NCBI GenBank assembly: GCA_050084985.1
Contig: JBITNC010000002.1
Span: 21,390,001-21,454,000 of the forward strand
DNA from: Nageia nagi
Taxonomy: Eukaryota > Plantae > Pinophyta
Reading direction: 5' to 3'
DNA length: 64,000 nt
This document shows, one piece after another, positions 14,170 through 27,892 of the stretch. The notes beneath the pieces were generated by a model. The model saw only the letters and a program-made list of their open reading frames with translations. It had not been told where the DNA came from and did no database searches. Position 1 is the first letter of the stretch, and each line of letters begins with the position of its first letter. The translations under genes were made by a program, and so were the position numbers.

Positions 14170-15864
14170 TCATGATATTTATAAATATGTTATGAAAGAG
14201 TATGATGCTCTCATCAAGAATAGGATTTGAAAGTTGATGAATTATCCATATGGAAGTAAACCTATTGGATGCAAATGGATCTACAAAAATAAGTACAAAT
14301 CAAATGGATCAATTGAGAAATGCAAAGTGTGGCTTATGGATAAGGGTTTTATATAGACATAAGGTATTTAATTTGATGAGACCTTTTCTCATATAGCTAA
14401 ATCATTCTTTATTGGTAATGTTAGCTTAGAATAGATGGAAAGTTTATTATATGGATGTGAAGATTGCTTTCTTGAATGGTGATTTCAAGGAGAATGTGTA
14501 CATGAAATAACCAGAAGGATTTGTAGTGAAGGATCAAGAACATAAAGTTTACAATCTCATCAAGTTCTTGTATGGCCTAAAACAAGCTCCTCGTACTTGG
14601 TACAAAAATTTTACGAAGCATCTCTTGAGGATTAATTTTGAACACTTTAATCTTGATGATGCAACTTTATTTATTGTAAAGGTTGGCAAGATTGGTTTAT
14701 ATCTTTTGGTGTATGTAGATGATCTTTTGATAACAAGGAACTAAAAATTACATTGCATACATGAAATAAGATTTAATGGCACATATTCATTACTATTTGG
14801 GCATTCAAGCCACATAAAATTCAAGTTACATTTTCTTTTCCCAAAGAAAGTAGATTGGAGAGTTGTTGAATAGACATGATAGATTGTAGTCCTCTTTCTA
14901 CTCTAATAGAACAAAATTTAAAGTTGAAATCTATTAAAGTAAATTCATTTGAGGATGCTACAAATTATAGACAACTTGTAGGAAGTCTCATTTATCTAAC
15001 CACAACTAGTTCATATATTTTATTTATGGTTGGATTTCTCTCTCAATTTATGAAAAAATAATTAGCAGGTGTTTGAAAGGAAGACAAAAATTAGGGCTCA
15101 AATATTCCAAGGTGGGATACTTCAAATTAATTGGATACATAGATTCAAACTATGATGGTGACAAAGAGAATGGAATTTTGAATTTAGGATATGTCATGAG
15201 TCTTTGATCGGTAGTTATTTCTTGGATATCATGAAAGAAATTTATTCTAGTATATTCCACTACATAGGTAGAGTATGTGGATGTTGTAGAGGCAAAAAAG
15301 GAGATTATGTGGTTTAGGAAGATATTGGAAGATTTGAAAGAAAAATAAGTGCAACCAACTCCACTTTTAATTGATAATATTTTTGCAATTTAATTACCTC
15401 ATAACCCTAAATTTCATGATTGAACAAACCACATAACTATGAAGTATCATTTTATTTGACATCATGTAGAGGTTAAGATAATTTAGTTGAAACATTGTTC
15501 CACAAATGAGAAAAATGCATACATCTTCATCAAGGTGCTTGAAAGAGAAAAGTTTGATAAATTCAAAAAGATGCTTGTATTTACAAATACCCCTTCAAAT
15601 TAAGGGGGATTTTTAGACACCTAATCATTAGATATTAGGATATTTGTAATGTAGGAGTGGTAATTTACTATATTTAGTAAATTCGTAGCTTAGAGTAGAG
15701 TGGAATTCTAAGTGTCATAGGTTACATAATATGAAGAGTTCTTGAGGGATATCAAGGGTCACCCAAGAAGGTGAATATATAAATTCTCTTTGCAATGTAT
15801 TTAATCTTATTTTTAAGCTAATACAATACTTTTGATCTTAGAGCTTATGCAAGCCTATCATAAC
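14170..15864 (+). mobile_element. Ty1/copia 3' portion (RT, RNase H, PPT, probable 3' LTR)
   Basis: KPIGCKWIYKNKYKSNGSIEK (~14258); ORF 14526-14744 with LYGLKQAPRTWY and LLVYVDDLLIT; ORF 14876-15061 with YRQLVGSLIYLTTT; RNase H to ~15600; PPT TAAGGGGGA at 15601, then LTR-like sequence ending CATAACA ~15864. Confidence 0.85.
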
Positions 15865-16049
15865 ATAGTCAAATTGACCAACCATCACTTGCAATTTTGA
15901 AGACTCTAGTTGTAGTGAATTGGTTGATCCATTATAGCCTCAATAATCTAACATCCTTACGGAAATAACTCCTTCCAAGAAAAGGCTTATCTGAGATCAT
16001 CCATAATCTTAAATGTTGGATGAAGATTTCAGTAAAAGAATGATTTAGA

Positions 16050-17365
16050 AGCAATTAAGGGGGGTGATCATATGATCAACTATGCCTTGATATAATCTTC
16101 ACTTATTGAGCCTTACAACTTCAAATAAGTAGTAGAAAATAAATACTAAATAAAGGCTTTTGAAGAAGAGCTATAACAAATCCAGAAAAATGACTCTTGG
16201 GAGCTTATCCCTCCTCCAAAGAATAAGAATATCATTGGATTTAGATGGATTTATAAGCTAAAGTATAATTTTGATGGTAGCATTTCCAAACATAAAACCC
16301 ACTTGGTAATAAAGTGTTATATTTAAAAACAAAGACTGGAGTATGACAAGACATTTGCAGCAATTGCCAAACTTGAGATAATTAGATCTCTTCTAGCATT
16401 AGTTTTCCATTTTGGTCTTAGTATTTACCAAATGGATGTAAAATTAGCCTTATTGAATGGATAATTGGAAGTAGAGAAGTATGTGAATCAGCCATAAGGA
16501 TTCATAGTTGCAACCCATGAATATAAAGTGTACATGCTAAATAAAGATCTTTATGGGCTCAAACAAGCACCTAGAGCATAGTACTCTAGAATTAACACAT
16601 ATTTCCATTAAAATGGCTATCAAAGGTATTCAACAAAAGTCACATTGTACTCAAAGGTAAATGGTTTAGACTTCATAATTATTTTTTTGTATGTTGATGA
16701 TATGATCTTCATGAGTATCTCCAATTCATTGTTGCAGCAATTTACAATTTTCATAGTAAATGAGTTTGAGATGAGTGATTTGGATTAAATATAATATTTC
16801 TTTAATATGTAAGTTACAAAAATATTTGATGGTATTTTTATCACTCAAAACAAGTATGTTGAAGACCTTTTGGTCATATTTTCTATGAAGGAAGGCAAAC
16901 TAGTTGGTACACCAATGGTTGTAGATTACAAATTAATAAAAGAGGAATCTACACCTCTTGTTGATGCAATCTTGTATAGATATCTAGTTGGTAGTCTAAT
17001 ATATCTCATAGATGTGAGATAATAGATTATGTTTACAATAAGTTTGGTAGCAAGATTCATGCATTCACCGCATGAATCATATTAGAAAGTAGCCAAAAGA
17101 ATTATTTATTATGTTAATAGCATAAAATATTTTGTCTTATGGTATAAAGCTACTAACTTTGATACTTTGGAAACATACTTATATGTTGATTAGGTAGGAA
17201 GCATTGATGACCAAAAGAGCACATCTAGTTATGCTTTCTTCTTTGGTGAATCCTTAGTTTCATGGAGTAGTAAGAAGAAACATGCAATTTCTCTTTCCAC
17301 TGCTGAGGAAAAATATATGGATGCCTCCTCTTCTTGAAATCAATCCATTTAGATTTGAAGATATT
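16050..17365 (+). mobile_element. Second Ty1/copia RT/RNase H fragment
   Basis: QIQKNDSWELIPPPKNKNIIGFRWIYKLK (~16176), YQMDVKLALLNG (~16426), LYGLKQAPRA (~16549), FLYVDDMIF (~16684), SWSSKKKHAISLSTAEEKY (~17259); many stops. Confidence 0.85.
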
Positions 17366-18744
17366 TTTGGGAGGTCCATTTAAGACCCGTAATGCTCTAT
17401 TTTCAACTTGGAAACTTCAAGTTAAGATTCTTGAAGATCCATAGATTTTTTTGATGCATGTAAATACTCATTGGAAAGGCATTTTTGATCTCTATCTATC
17501 CATATAAAAAATCATATTTTGGACAAGTTCACTCTATCTTAAAACCTTTGAGATTTTTAGGTGTTATAGCATCCCTATATCATTGCATCAAGCCCAAGCA
17601 TCATAAAATCTTCAATTATTTAATCTTATATCCTACCTACATAATGAATGAATGGATTACATAAGCCAAAAAAATGATTATGTATTCTAACCAAGTACAC
17701 TTGATGTTATTGGTTAAGGCCCTTGATGGGTAGCTACATTTAATCCAAATTTCTCCCATTATATTCCTTCTTATAGTTTTTGTATATTGGCTTTGAATCT
17801 TTATCTTATTGTGGAGGCTTATATATCTAATCATATCTCTTTTAAAGCTCATCCAAATTCCATCACCCTATAACTCATCGTTGGCTTAGCTCCTTCTCCT
17901 ACCAATCTATATAAGACCTAATCAAAATAAAAATAAATCAAGATCTCCCAATGGATCTACTTGCAAATGTCCCAACTCCAACATCTAAAAAAAATAAATC
18001 AATCAGATAAAAATGGATAAAATAACATGGATTTATATGGATTTCAAAAGTTTTGAAGGTGATTGTCACATAAATTAAAATATTGCAATATTGCTTAAGA
18101 TTTTATTACGTGTTCATCTTATCTTTCTTTAGTCCCTTAAGCATTCAGATTTCAAGGCTCAAGAAATGTACAAGGCACTAAAGAACCTACATATATATGG
18201 AAAATCATGGCCTAGAGAAATAAGATGGAAAAATAAAATAAATTTATTTATAATTAAATACATATACATTTATCTTTTATTTCCCCAATTTCATTTTATT
18301 GTTCCAAAATAGTATGAAAGATTAGTGATCATGGTGGGAAAGATGCATGTGATGCAAAACATTGGCTAGACAATGTTGGCTCTTGCAACATGATTGACAA
18401 AAGCCATTTTTGTAATTAATAATTTAAGATGACTATTTTTGTAATTATTAGTGTTATGAGGGTTATTTTTGTAATTTTTCTTTTATAAAGATATTAGAGA
18501 AACCTATAAATATACAACTTGATCCATAAATTTTTAAACCAAGATAACCAAAAAAAGCTTGGCAATTTTATTATAAAACTTAACTATGTGAGAAATAATC
18601 CTTCAAATACTTTATTAATTTTTTTTATTTCTAGACAAACTTTAATAGGTTCTACAAACTAGTGGGTTCAAAAGGACACTAATTATAAGTATTTTAATAC
18701 CTTTTAAACCCCTTAATTTATAGGACCGATCAAAGATTGTTCAG

Positions 18745-18746
<2 letters not shown>

Positions 18747-18812
<66 letters not shown>
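18747..18812. repeat. Compound microsatellite (AT)n(AG)n
   Basis: About 22 AT units followed by about 11 AG units, read directly. Confidence 0.95.
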
Positions 18813-19899
18813 TATTTGAATTGTTATTATTTTTTCTCATATAATTAAGTTACATAATAAAATCACCAAGCTTGTTTTGGTTATATTATGTTCTCTCTTC
18901 TATTTTGAAAAGAGAGAACTTATAAGACTTAAATACTATATACTTTTGTATCTCTAAAAAAATTGTTTTATAAAGGATTAGCCAAGAGTCTCCAAGGTGT
19001 GCACTTCAATTACATGGGTTGAAATTCTTACCTACCTAGTCTAATATCCTTTTTCAATAATTTAAAAAAAAAAAGGTTTTCTTCCCACCAAATAGATCTA
19101 TTTGCATAACATATTCCTCTACTTAATAATTATTCAAATTTTTAAAAAAAATACAATTTTTAACACAAAGAGAACTTGAAAATTATTTATTAGTGAATTC
19201 ATATATAAAAATAGTAAAACTACTAAAAGTGTAAGATAACTAAACTACATAATTTTCACATAGATACCAAATTTGTAATTAGAATAAATAAATTATTCAT
19301 GGATCTCCTTTTATTCTTAGTTTTTAACAAATATTATTTTGGTACTATCTTTGGATTCGTTTATTAAAATTCAAATTAAAATTTTAATTCGATGTTAATG
19401 TTTGTAGGTGACCAAAAATGTTAATGGGAATATAGAGAAATGCATATAATAAGGGGAAGGTAGAACCTAGTACAACTTTGATGCATAAAAATTAAAAATT
19501 GAATATAAAAGGGTGTAAAAAATACAACATGTTTGAGTGAGGCAAGAATCCTTCTCATGAAGATCCAAGGGGCTCTATTGGTATTTGAGGTTGAAAAGAA
19601 GACTTTGATATGACAAATAGAGTTCAATTAACATTGGTTGGTTTAGTAATAATGCATCAATGAGTAATCCTTCTAGAGTCTCTAAATTTCATGTGACTCT
19701 TTTGATCATAGCTTCTTGCAATTAAAAGTAGGATGTGATAAGTTTGAAACTTATTGTGTTGCAAGATCTATTGGTGATTACTTTCTCACTGAGATGAGTG
19801 GCTTCTTTGATAAATAAAGTATGTTTGGTTTTCATAATTCACCCACCATTTTAAGATGGGAGCACCTCTGAATAAGAAATAAAACTACCCATGAACTTC

Positions 19900-20540
19900 A
19901 TTGTAGATGGAGAAAATGAATATGAAATGTTCTTTGAACTCAGGTTCCATATTGCATAGTTTGCATATGCATGGTCTCTAGAGATATGGTGATTTGTCTC
20001 AGTATAGAGATGGTATGAGAAATATCTTATTTGGCCAAGGGGAAATGAAGACTATGAGATATTTGTAGCTTGATGTAATCAAGTACGGTAAAATAATCAT
20101 TCTTTATTTTCATGTAAACTTGAAGATAATACAAGAGCTTTGGTAAAATTAATTTTTCTTATTCAATCCATGTTGTCTTCAAATAGGTTGAGTGGATTTA
20201 CTTTCTTATTCTCTTGATGATATATCTAGTAGAAAGATTAGAGGTATTGTTTGCGAGCTACGAGGGAGGTATTCACTCAATATCTAGACCTATGGATCAC
20301 AAGAGAGAGGTGGCTTATAAGAACCAATAATAATGAATACCTTTTCTTACAAGTTGAATTAAGGATTTGAGCACCAAGAAAGGGTATTTATTTGAGTTTG
20401 GATTTATTGAAATCATATGATGGATTTTATTTAAAAATTTGATAACATGTGAAATGTTGTAAGAGAGAACATGGTATATAAATCAAATTCAACCAAAATA
20501 ATGGAATGTGAGATAATTCTTTTGCCCTGAATGAATCTTG
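19900..20540 (+). mobile_element. Very decayed L1-type LINE 3' fragment
   Basis: Weak zf-RVT-like and RNase-H-like residues only (e.g. RWYEKYLIWPR ~20007). Confidence 0.3.
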
Positions 20541-21384
20541 ACACATGGGGGTCACTATTAGGAAATGGTAAATACCATGTGAGGGCATACCAAGGGTATT
20601 TTTAATATCAAGTTGAACTATTGTTCTATCATTAAGTATTTAATAAGGGGAGGGGGTAGAGGTGTTTATAACTTATACAAAATATTCTCTCAATATTATA
20701 CAAGTAAGTTATTTTCTTTACTATTATTTATGATTGTATAAATTTAAACACTAAACAATCACCATAAGATCAAAGTATGCTTTCTATTTGCATCAATTGG
20801 TGATCTTATATGATAAAAAAAAAATTATGGAAGTACTAAAGGGAAATAATCATTGCCTAAATCATTTTAAAAATAACCTTTACTTTTACCACTTGCACAC
20901 ACAGGAGAAGTTACTTGGATTTCACCATTAAGAGATTATCCTCACAAATAGAGCCATATATAAGTCTCTTGGAATTTATCACCAAGTACCTAGGCTATAC
21001 TTTAATTTCATCGTTGAAATAGTCTTCCCTTAGGTCATCATTTTGGTTGATTTTAAATAATGGAAGATGTTGATTTTAATTGACAAAGTCTTTGATCACT
21101 ATAATTCTAGGTGATGATATCAAGGGATAAAACTACTAAGGGATATTACAAAAATAATTTAATTTTTTCAATAAATGGTAAGTTTTTTAAAAAGGATTAT
21201 TATTTATTATATAGGGGTTTACCACGAGAGGTTTCATAATTTAAAGAGAAGGTGGTAAATTTTCAAAATAGGAGGTTTTTAAAGAATCCTGTGAACATAT
21301 GTATTTTGAAGGGTTTTCTATTAGGCTACCCCCCCTCCCCCCCTATGGATCTTGAGATCATATTGAAAAAACCTCTTTCAGTGT

Positions 21385-22430
21385 GGACCTAACCAAATTG
21401 GCTCATGCTAGGTCCCCAAACTTCACATCTATAAAGCAAGGTTAGAGAGGTAAGAGCATGGAAGAGTTTGATTTTTCCATGATATCCTATAACTAGAGTT
21501 GAAAATATTATCCCTCTAAGAGTGATCGTTGTAGCATAGCCTTTATTCAATCTATTTTGGGAGGTTGGGATCAAGCTAAAGGTAAGACTTGTGAAGAGCA
21601 CACTGGAATAGGTGTAAGAAGTGATTACCCCAATAGGTTACCCTTGGAACATTAGGTCATTTTTTGAATCATATGCTCTTGACATGTTGAAGGACATCAC
21701 CTTTTTCTTTTCAAGATTGAATTCAAAATTATGAGTATCAAAAAAGGTCATTAAGGTATTAACCTAACTTTGAATCCATATTATTGTATGAGATAACAAA
21801 ATAGCAGTATCGATAAAGAAACAAAATCAAACAATGGAGTCATGTAGGAGACATCCTATACTTGGGCCTAAGGTATTTAAAATTATATGTTGAAGTTCAT
21901 CAATATAGAGCCCAAATAAAGTAGGTGAGAAGGGATAGCCTTATTTTAAACTAATAGTACTATAAACCCTATCAAATAGGTTAAAATCAACTCATTCTTT
22001 CCCTAATACTTATTAATATAATGTCATGATAAGGGGTATGATATCTCTAAGGATCACTAGGTTCTTGTATGTTAAGAATAGGAGATGTCTAGGGAAATTA
22101 TCAAATACTATATAAAAGTCAACAAAAAAATAATAACCTTTTATTTATGGGCTTGATCTTATTCAATAGCTATCCATAGAGTGAGGATGTGATCAATAAT
22201 ATGGTATTTTCTATGAAATTTAGCTTGATTGAGTGCACAAAGATTATGCATTTCAACAAAGTTAGATATGAACTCATCCAAATTCATGGGAAAGACCTTT
22301 TTTGGGGTGTAATCAACCATAATCATTTTATAATTGCTAAGTTCAAAGGGGTCGTTAGCTTTGTAAATGGGATAGATAATATTATAGATCCAAGAGGGAG
22401 AAAACCCATGTGAAGAGACCTAGGTAAAGG
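21385..22430 (-). mobile_element. RTE-like non-LTR retrotransposon RT remnant
   Basis: Minus-strand ISLK*GYPFSPTLFGLYIDELQ (~21893-21957, cf. GVKQGCPLSPTLFGLYID); downstream LLYRCEVWGP in ORF 21389-21601. Confidence 0.75.
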
Positions 22431-22675
22431 CATAAATGGATGAAACATGAAAGTTAATAATAGAGTATTCTCTTAAATTTCACCAAATGAAAAGAGTTAA
22501 TAACATGATCACACATCAAAAATATTACTCCAAAATCCACCAAAGGAAATTCATAAATCATATTCAATACTTTGAATATTATGAAAATACTTTGAGCACT
22601 CATAAAAAATATGAATTCTTCAATTCTTCTTCAATAGATACTTCAAATAGTTTTGGCACCATGAAAAAGTATGTA

Positions 22676-22762
22676 AAATTATTATTATTTATTATTATTA
22701 TATATTATTATTATTATTATTATTATATTATTATATATATATATATATATAATATTATATAT
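22676..22762. repeat. (TTA)n/(TA)n low-complexity microsatellite
   Basis: Read directly. Confidence 0.85.
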
Positions 22763-22788
22763 GATTTCAATCAGAATTCCACACAAAA

Positions 22789-23068
22789 GTCCCTAAGGGG
22801 ACATCGTGGTGGAAAAGTGATTCAAATAGGTGGGAGGAGGTCATAAGTTTGAATCTACTTGATAGATCAATGGTGGTACTACATAGCTACAATTTGGATG
22901 CGTTTCAACTGTATTGTGAGCGGTTTGTGGGGTCTAGATAAAAACCCTCATGTAAAAGTCTCACTCGGGCAAATAATTCATGATTTACTTGAGTTGTATG
23001 ATTTGCGGAAGGATCACGACTTCAAGAGGATTAGTGGCTCCAACTGACACCTCCTGTTAAAAAAAATA
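22789..23068 (+). mobile_element. tRNA-derived SINE (280 bp) with 16-bp TSD
   Basis: Exact TSD AGAATTCCACACAAAA at 22773-22788 and 23069-23084; degenerate A box TGGTGGAAAAGTGA (~22807) and B box AGTTTGAATCT (~22846); A-tail 23059-23066. Confidence 0.85.
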
Positions 23069-24314
23069 AGAATTCCACACAAAATAATGACTTAAGTGAA
23101 AGTACAAGAGAATAACATAAAAGAATATGAATGGATGGTTAAGCCTTAGCAATATTAACATAATAATGATATAACTTTGATTATTCAAATGATAGCTAGA
23201 AGTGGCCTTTAGACAAGTGAAAGAACTCCTACCAAGTTGTAATATAACCATAGTGGTTAGATTACACAACAATATAGTTCCCTATCATTGGTTGATCACC
23301 AATACAATTATTCATGTATACACATGCATATCAAATAGGATTTAAACACATGACCCTAATGTGGATAAATGCTTATATGCTAATAAACTCGTGCTTGATA
23401 CTAAGTCTAACTTAACCTTCAACACAATTGTCATCTATAAATGCAATGATATTCCTTAATATTTTAATAATATTTTACTCCTAGGCATTATAGTCATATT
23501 TTTACATTTTTTTAATCATATGATCATCATTATGTTACATTTTATTAGAAACCAAATATTTTTAGGTACATGAATATGAGATAGGCGATGTTGTATCATC
23601 ATGGAACTTCTTTTTAGTAATTTATAAAAACTCAAATTACATTCTCAATACTATTTGTAACTATTTTTTTACAAGCTTGTTGTATGGAGATCATTATCTT
23701 TTTTCTATTTCCTTGAATAATGAACAAATATTTTGCTTTGATCTTACCCATATTTCAACTATGATAAAATGTAAACACCTAGAATGTATCATTAATAATT
23801 TTAATTTTAAAAAAATACAATTTCTTAATTAATTATCAACTCTCTTGAAGATGAAATTTTAATTTAAATTTCTTTAACTTAAATAAACTTATAAAGTATA
23901 TCATTAAAATATAAAACATTCTATAAAATAACTACAAACTCATACAATCAATCTCTTATTATCCATTCTTGTTATCTTATTATAAAACATCTCTTCTTAA
24001 TTTCTCACCAAACCAAATATGCACCTTTTAACTCTCACCAAACATTCAACATATGTAGATAGTTAACTGATCTTCTAATTAAATATTAAAACAATTACAA
24101 CCTTAATATTTTTCTTCTTTCAAACACTACAAAATAATACCAAAAGATCACCACAACATTTAGATAAACGATCATCAATATTTTCGAAATGATCTATCAA
24201 ACTGTTCTACATATTTCCACTTACCCATGAGATCATATCAAACTTTTATTGATGTTTGATTGATAAAATACAGGACTCCCAAAATTACAGATCTAAAACA
24301 ACGCCATGAAAGCC

Positions 24315-25210
24315 TCAACCCAGCTTTGCAAGCACGTCATTCAGGGCAGACACGGCTGCTGCATAATACTTCTCCGCCATGGGAGTGCTCTTCTGCTTTG
24401 CCGCATAGTCCAGCTGCCAAAAAAACATACACCCAACAAATACATACACATTGAATACACATACATCCCAAATTCAACAAACCCAGAACAAAAATACAAG
24501 AATTGAATACGTTTCCTAATGGTTTCTTACACTGTCAAGGGTGTCGAAGAGCTTGGTGGTTAACGCCTTGAGTGGCTTCTTCTCCTCCTTGGGCTTCGCA
24601 GAGATTACGGTATTGAGATCGTAACGGAGGTACGACGCCTTGAGACGTAGATCGTTCTGAACGTAAGCCCACGCCTTCTTATCAATCAATTGCTTGACGT
24701 TCATAATGTCTTTGGCGGATTCCTTGGCCCGGGCAGCTGCCTCCACGGGTGGAAGGGGCTCGATGAAGAACCGTTTCTTCAATGGCAAATCAAGATCTCT
24801 CGCCTCATCCGCATTCAAAGTCCCCGCTAAAAACACAAACAAAAAAAAAATTACATATCAACACGAATTCAATAATGATTAAAAACTGTAATACCATTCT
24901 ACATTTACTGACGTTTGCCGCCTGACGGAGGAGGAGGACCATCAACCTTGATGGATTTGGCATCTGCCAGAGCCTTATTGTTGGCAACGGCGGCCAGCGT
25001 TGCGCCGCCCGCCAGAAAGGTCAGTAGAGACCGTCGGGTGGCCGCGGCGGCGGAGGAGGAATGGTGTTCGTTAATGGCGGATTGACGGGCGTTCTGGGTG
25101 CGAACTGTGAAGACAACCGGCTTAAACGTTGTGGCGGGCAGGCGGGTGCCGTCTTTCAATACCTGCGAGGTTCCGCAGAGACCTGCCATTGAAGCTATTG
25201 CCTGCGCCAT
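24315..25210 (-). CDS. PSBQ: Oxygen-evolving enhancer protein 3 (PsbQ), chloroplast lumen precursor; 3 exons, 230 aa
   Basis: Exons 25210-24913, 24826-24531, 24413-24315 (693 nt); GT-AG introns of 86 and 117 bp. Transit peptide [11 protein letters not shown], twin-arginine TRRSLL, ALA cleavage site, [47 protein letters not shown]-terminus [32 protein letters not shown]. Confidence 0.97.
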
Positions 25211-25343
25211 TTTCGATTTGCGTTCTTTCTGTGTTGGTGTTGTTTTGTTTGGTATCTCTGCTCGAATGAATTTGATGTTAATGGTGGAGGACGTTCTTCC
25301 AAGGTGTGGCTATCCGCAGGCCATCGTCTTGGTGATCTATTTG

Positions 25344-25364
25344 TCCACGTGGCTATCAGATAAG
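25344..25364. promoter_or_regulatory. G-box (TCCACGTGGC) plus adjacent I-box/GATA (GATAAG) upstream of PSBQ
   Basis: CACGTG at 25346-25351 and GATAAG at 25359-25364, ~135-155 bp upstream of the ATG; the usual light-responsive pairing in photosynthesis-gene promoters. Confidence 0.7.
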
Positions 25365-27892
25365 ATGATTTGTTGTTTTTCCAATTAAAGTTGGCCAAGT
25401 GGAAGAGCACTTTTGGATAGGATTTATCAATAAGATGGCTTATTATTATCCAGCGATGTGATATTGATAAAAGATATCAATGTTTATATGCAAGATGTTC
25501 GAATTTTACACCCATGATTCTATATAAAAAAAAATTAACATCAATGCACTTGCAAGACTTATGAGGACTTGATCCTTGGGAATTAGAATTCAAAGAGGGT
25601 CTAATTATGTTTGAAGATATCTTTTCTTATTATAATTCTTTTGAAGAATATAAAGAGGCAAAAGCTATAATTAATTTTTTATTATTGTTGATATTTTTTG
25701 TTAGTAGTTTATTCTTGTATATTTATATTTTGGAATTCGATTCCGTGTGTGAAGGGTTTTCTTTCGTTAAAGTCATTAGGGAGTCACATTCAACCCCATC
25801 CACGTCAGAACAAAACTTTCAACTGGACTTTGTAACATGTCACCAATATGGAAAGGGGGAGAGTTTTGAACTTCGGTCTCTTTTTAAACACTAAGAGTTT
25901 TCACACCCACTTTCTCTATTAAAATTCAAACATCTCTAAAATCAACTTTAAAAATGTTGAGGTGAATTAATCATTGTTTCTTTGAACAACGTGGAGGAGT
26001 TAATTGTAACTTGTCTTTTATCTTATTTAGAAACACCCTTATATATTCTATTACCTTTTGAGGTTAAGAGTAACAAATGAAGGTGTTTAAAATTATATTA
26101 TCTTTATGTAGCATAGATTATAAATGTTCCTTCATTTACTAACTTAATCACTCCGTTTTCTATCAATATTTTATTCACATTCTTGAGATTCCTTTTTTCG
26201 TTATTATTTCATAAGACATAAAATTATGATTAAATGATGTTAATCAAGAAATAACGTATGAAGATATTATGAAATTAGATTGCCAATTTAGGATTATTTC
26301 AACTAATATGGACAAGAACTTTAGATCATAATGAGTTGTCTTAGCAATGTATTCACTATTACTATCATACCAACAAGGAAATATATTATTAAGTTTTAAG
26401 ATATATAAGTGAAAATATTGAATCATAAGAAGTTACCTTGGTAATCGATTTACTATCATTGTCATATTTATAGGAGAAACTATGATTCGACTTCAAGGTA
26501 AACAGGTGAAATAAATTGAACTAAAATGCTAGTTCATAATGAGTTTCATTCGCAATGAGTTCAGTATCACTATCATGCTAACAAGGAGTGTTATGATTCA
26601 ACTTTAATACTTGCATATGAAAGTGGATAAGATATGTTTTTGAGTTTACCTATTCTATTAAAAGTAATGAGAATTTTAAAGCACTTTACTTGATTAAAAC
26701 ATATTTTCTTTGAATTGGGAGGATGAAAGATACATAAAGCATGCATTATGAAATTACGATGGAGTGACAAGTCATCGAAGATTTCCTAAACCACTTGAAA
26801 CTTGATGGTATTATTGGATGCATTGACCACATCAAAACTAGAGGAAAACTTTAGATACATTGCTTAGTTTGAGGGAATTAAAGTAATTTTAGAGTGAAAA
26901 AGCATGAAAATTTGAAAATAACCAACAATCATATTATATGAAGGTGTGGATTGATTTAAGCTATTTATTTAAGGAATGATCAACTAACATTTATTCATAT
27001 CTCGTCATATTTTTAGTGCCATATTTATATTTTAATCATCATATTTAATGCCCTATTAGTTTATCTATCATTCATTAATTCAAGGGTAACATACTATATG
27101 AATTTTATTTTGGATGCCAAGAGAGATAAGACATATGGAAGAGACATCATGGAATAAAATAATTTAGTAATTTATCACCTTCACATTCACACTCATAATC
27201 ATAGTAGTAACAATGCATAACTATAAAGATAGTATTTCATAATGAATACCTTAGAGATTAATTTCCAAATACATCAGCAATATCATACAAATATTTTATA
27301 GATCAAAATTCAAACACTATTTGATTCGTATAATCTATTGACTCTAATCTAACCAAGATCAAGTGTGCACTCGTATAATGACTAAAACACATCAACAACA
27401 TTAACAAATCAATGTTTATACATTCATGATGCAAAAATCCAATGACTATAACAAATACATAATATTGGTTGATTATGTAAATCAAATATTGTTATGTATT
27501 TGAGATGGAACCAATCATCACTTGAACAATGTTGTTGTTTCATTAAGTAATTAGTATCAAATGCCACCCACAAGAAAATAATCATCACAACACAAATACC
27601 ATCCTATGAAAATAGCCATTGCAATATGGGCAACATTTCATGTGTAGTAATTCCAACAAAACAAACATATCATCTAATTATCAAAAGTAACAAAAAAAAT
27701 ATATTAAAAGATTAATGCTATTAATACTTAAGATATAAACATGCAAAATAATTCAGTTATATTTATAAAATAAGAAGATAAAACAAACTAATAAAATTAA
27801 TATTATTGAATAATTAATAAAAATCATATATAAAATTATTCAAACAATTCAAAATTAAAATTTTGATTTAAAAAGATTATTTATATGAACAT

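Noticed and set aside
18395-18482. Second Mutator-like element
   Set aside because: Resembles one TIR of the Pack-MULE, but I could not find a matching opposite arm or TSD.
24260-25410. Plus-strand ORFs 24260-24454, 24306-24506, 24694-24882, 25098-25388 and alternative minus-strand ORFs
   Set aside because: Shadow frames of the GC-rich PSBQ exons with no independent coding signal.
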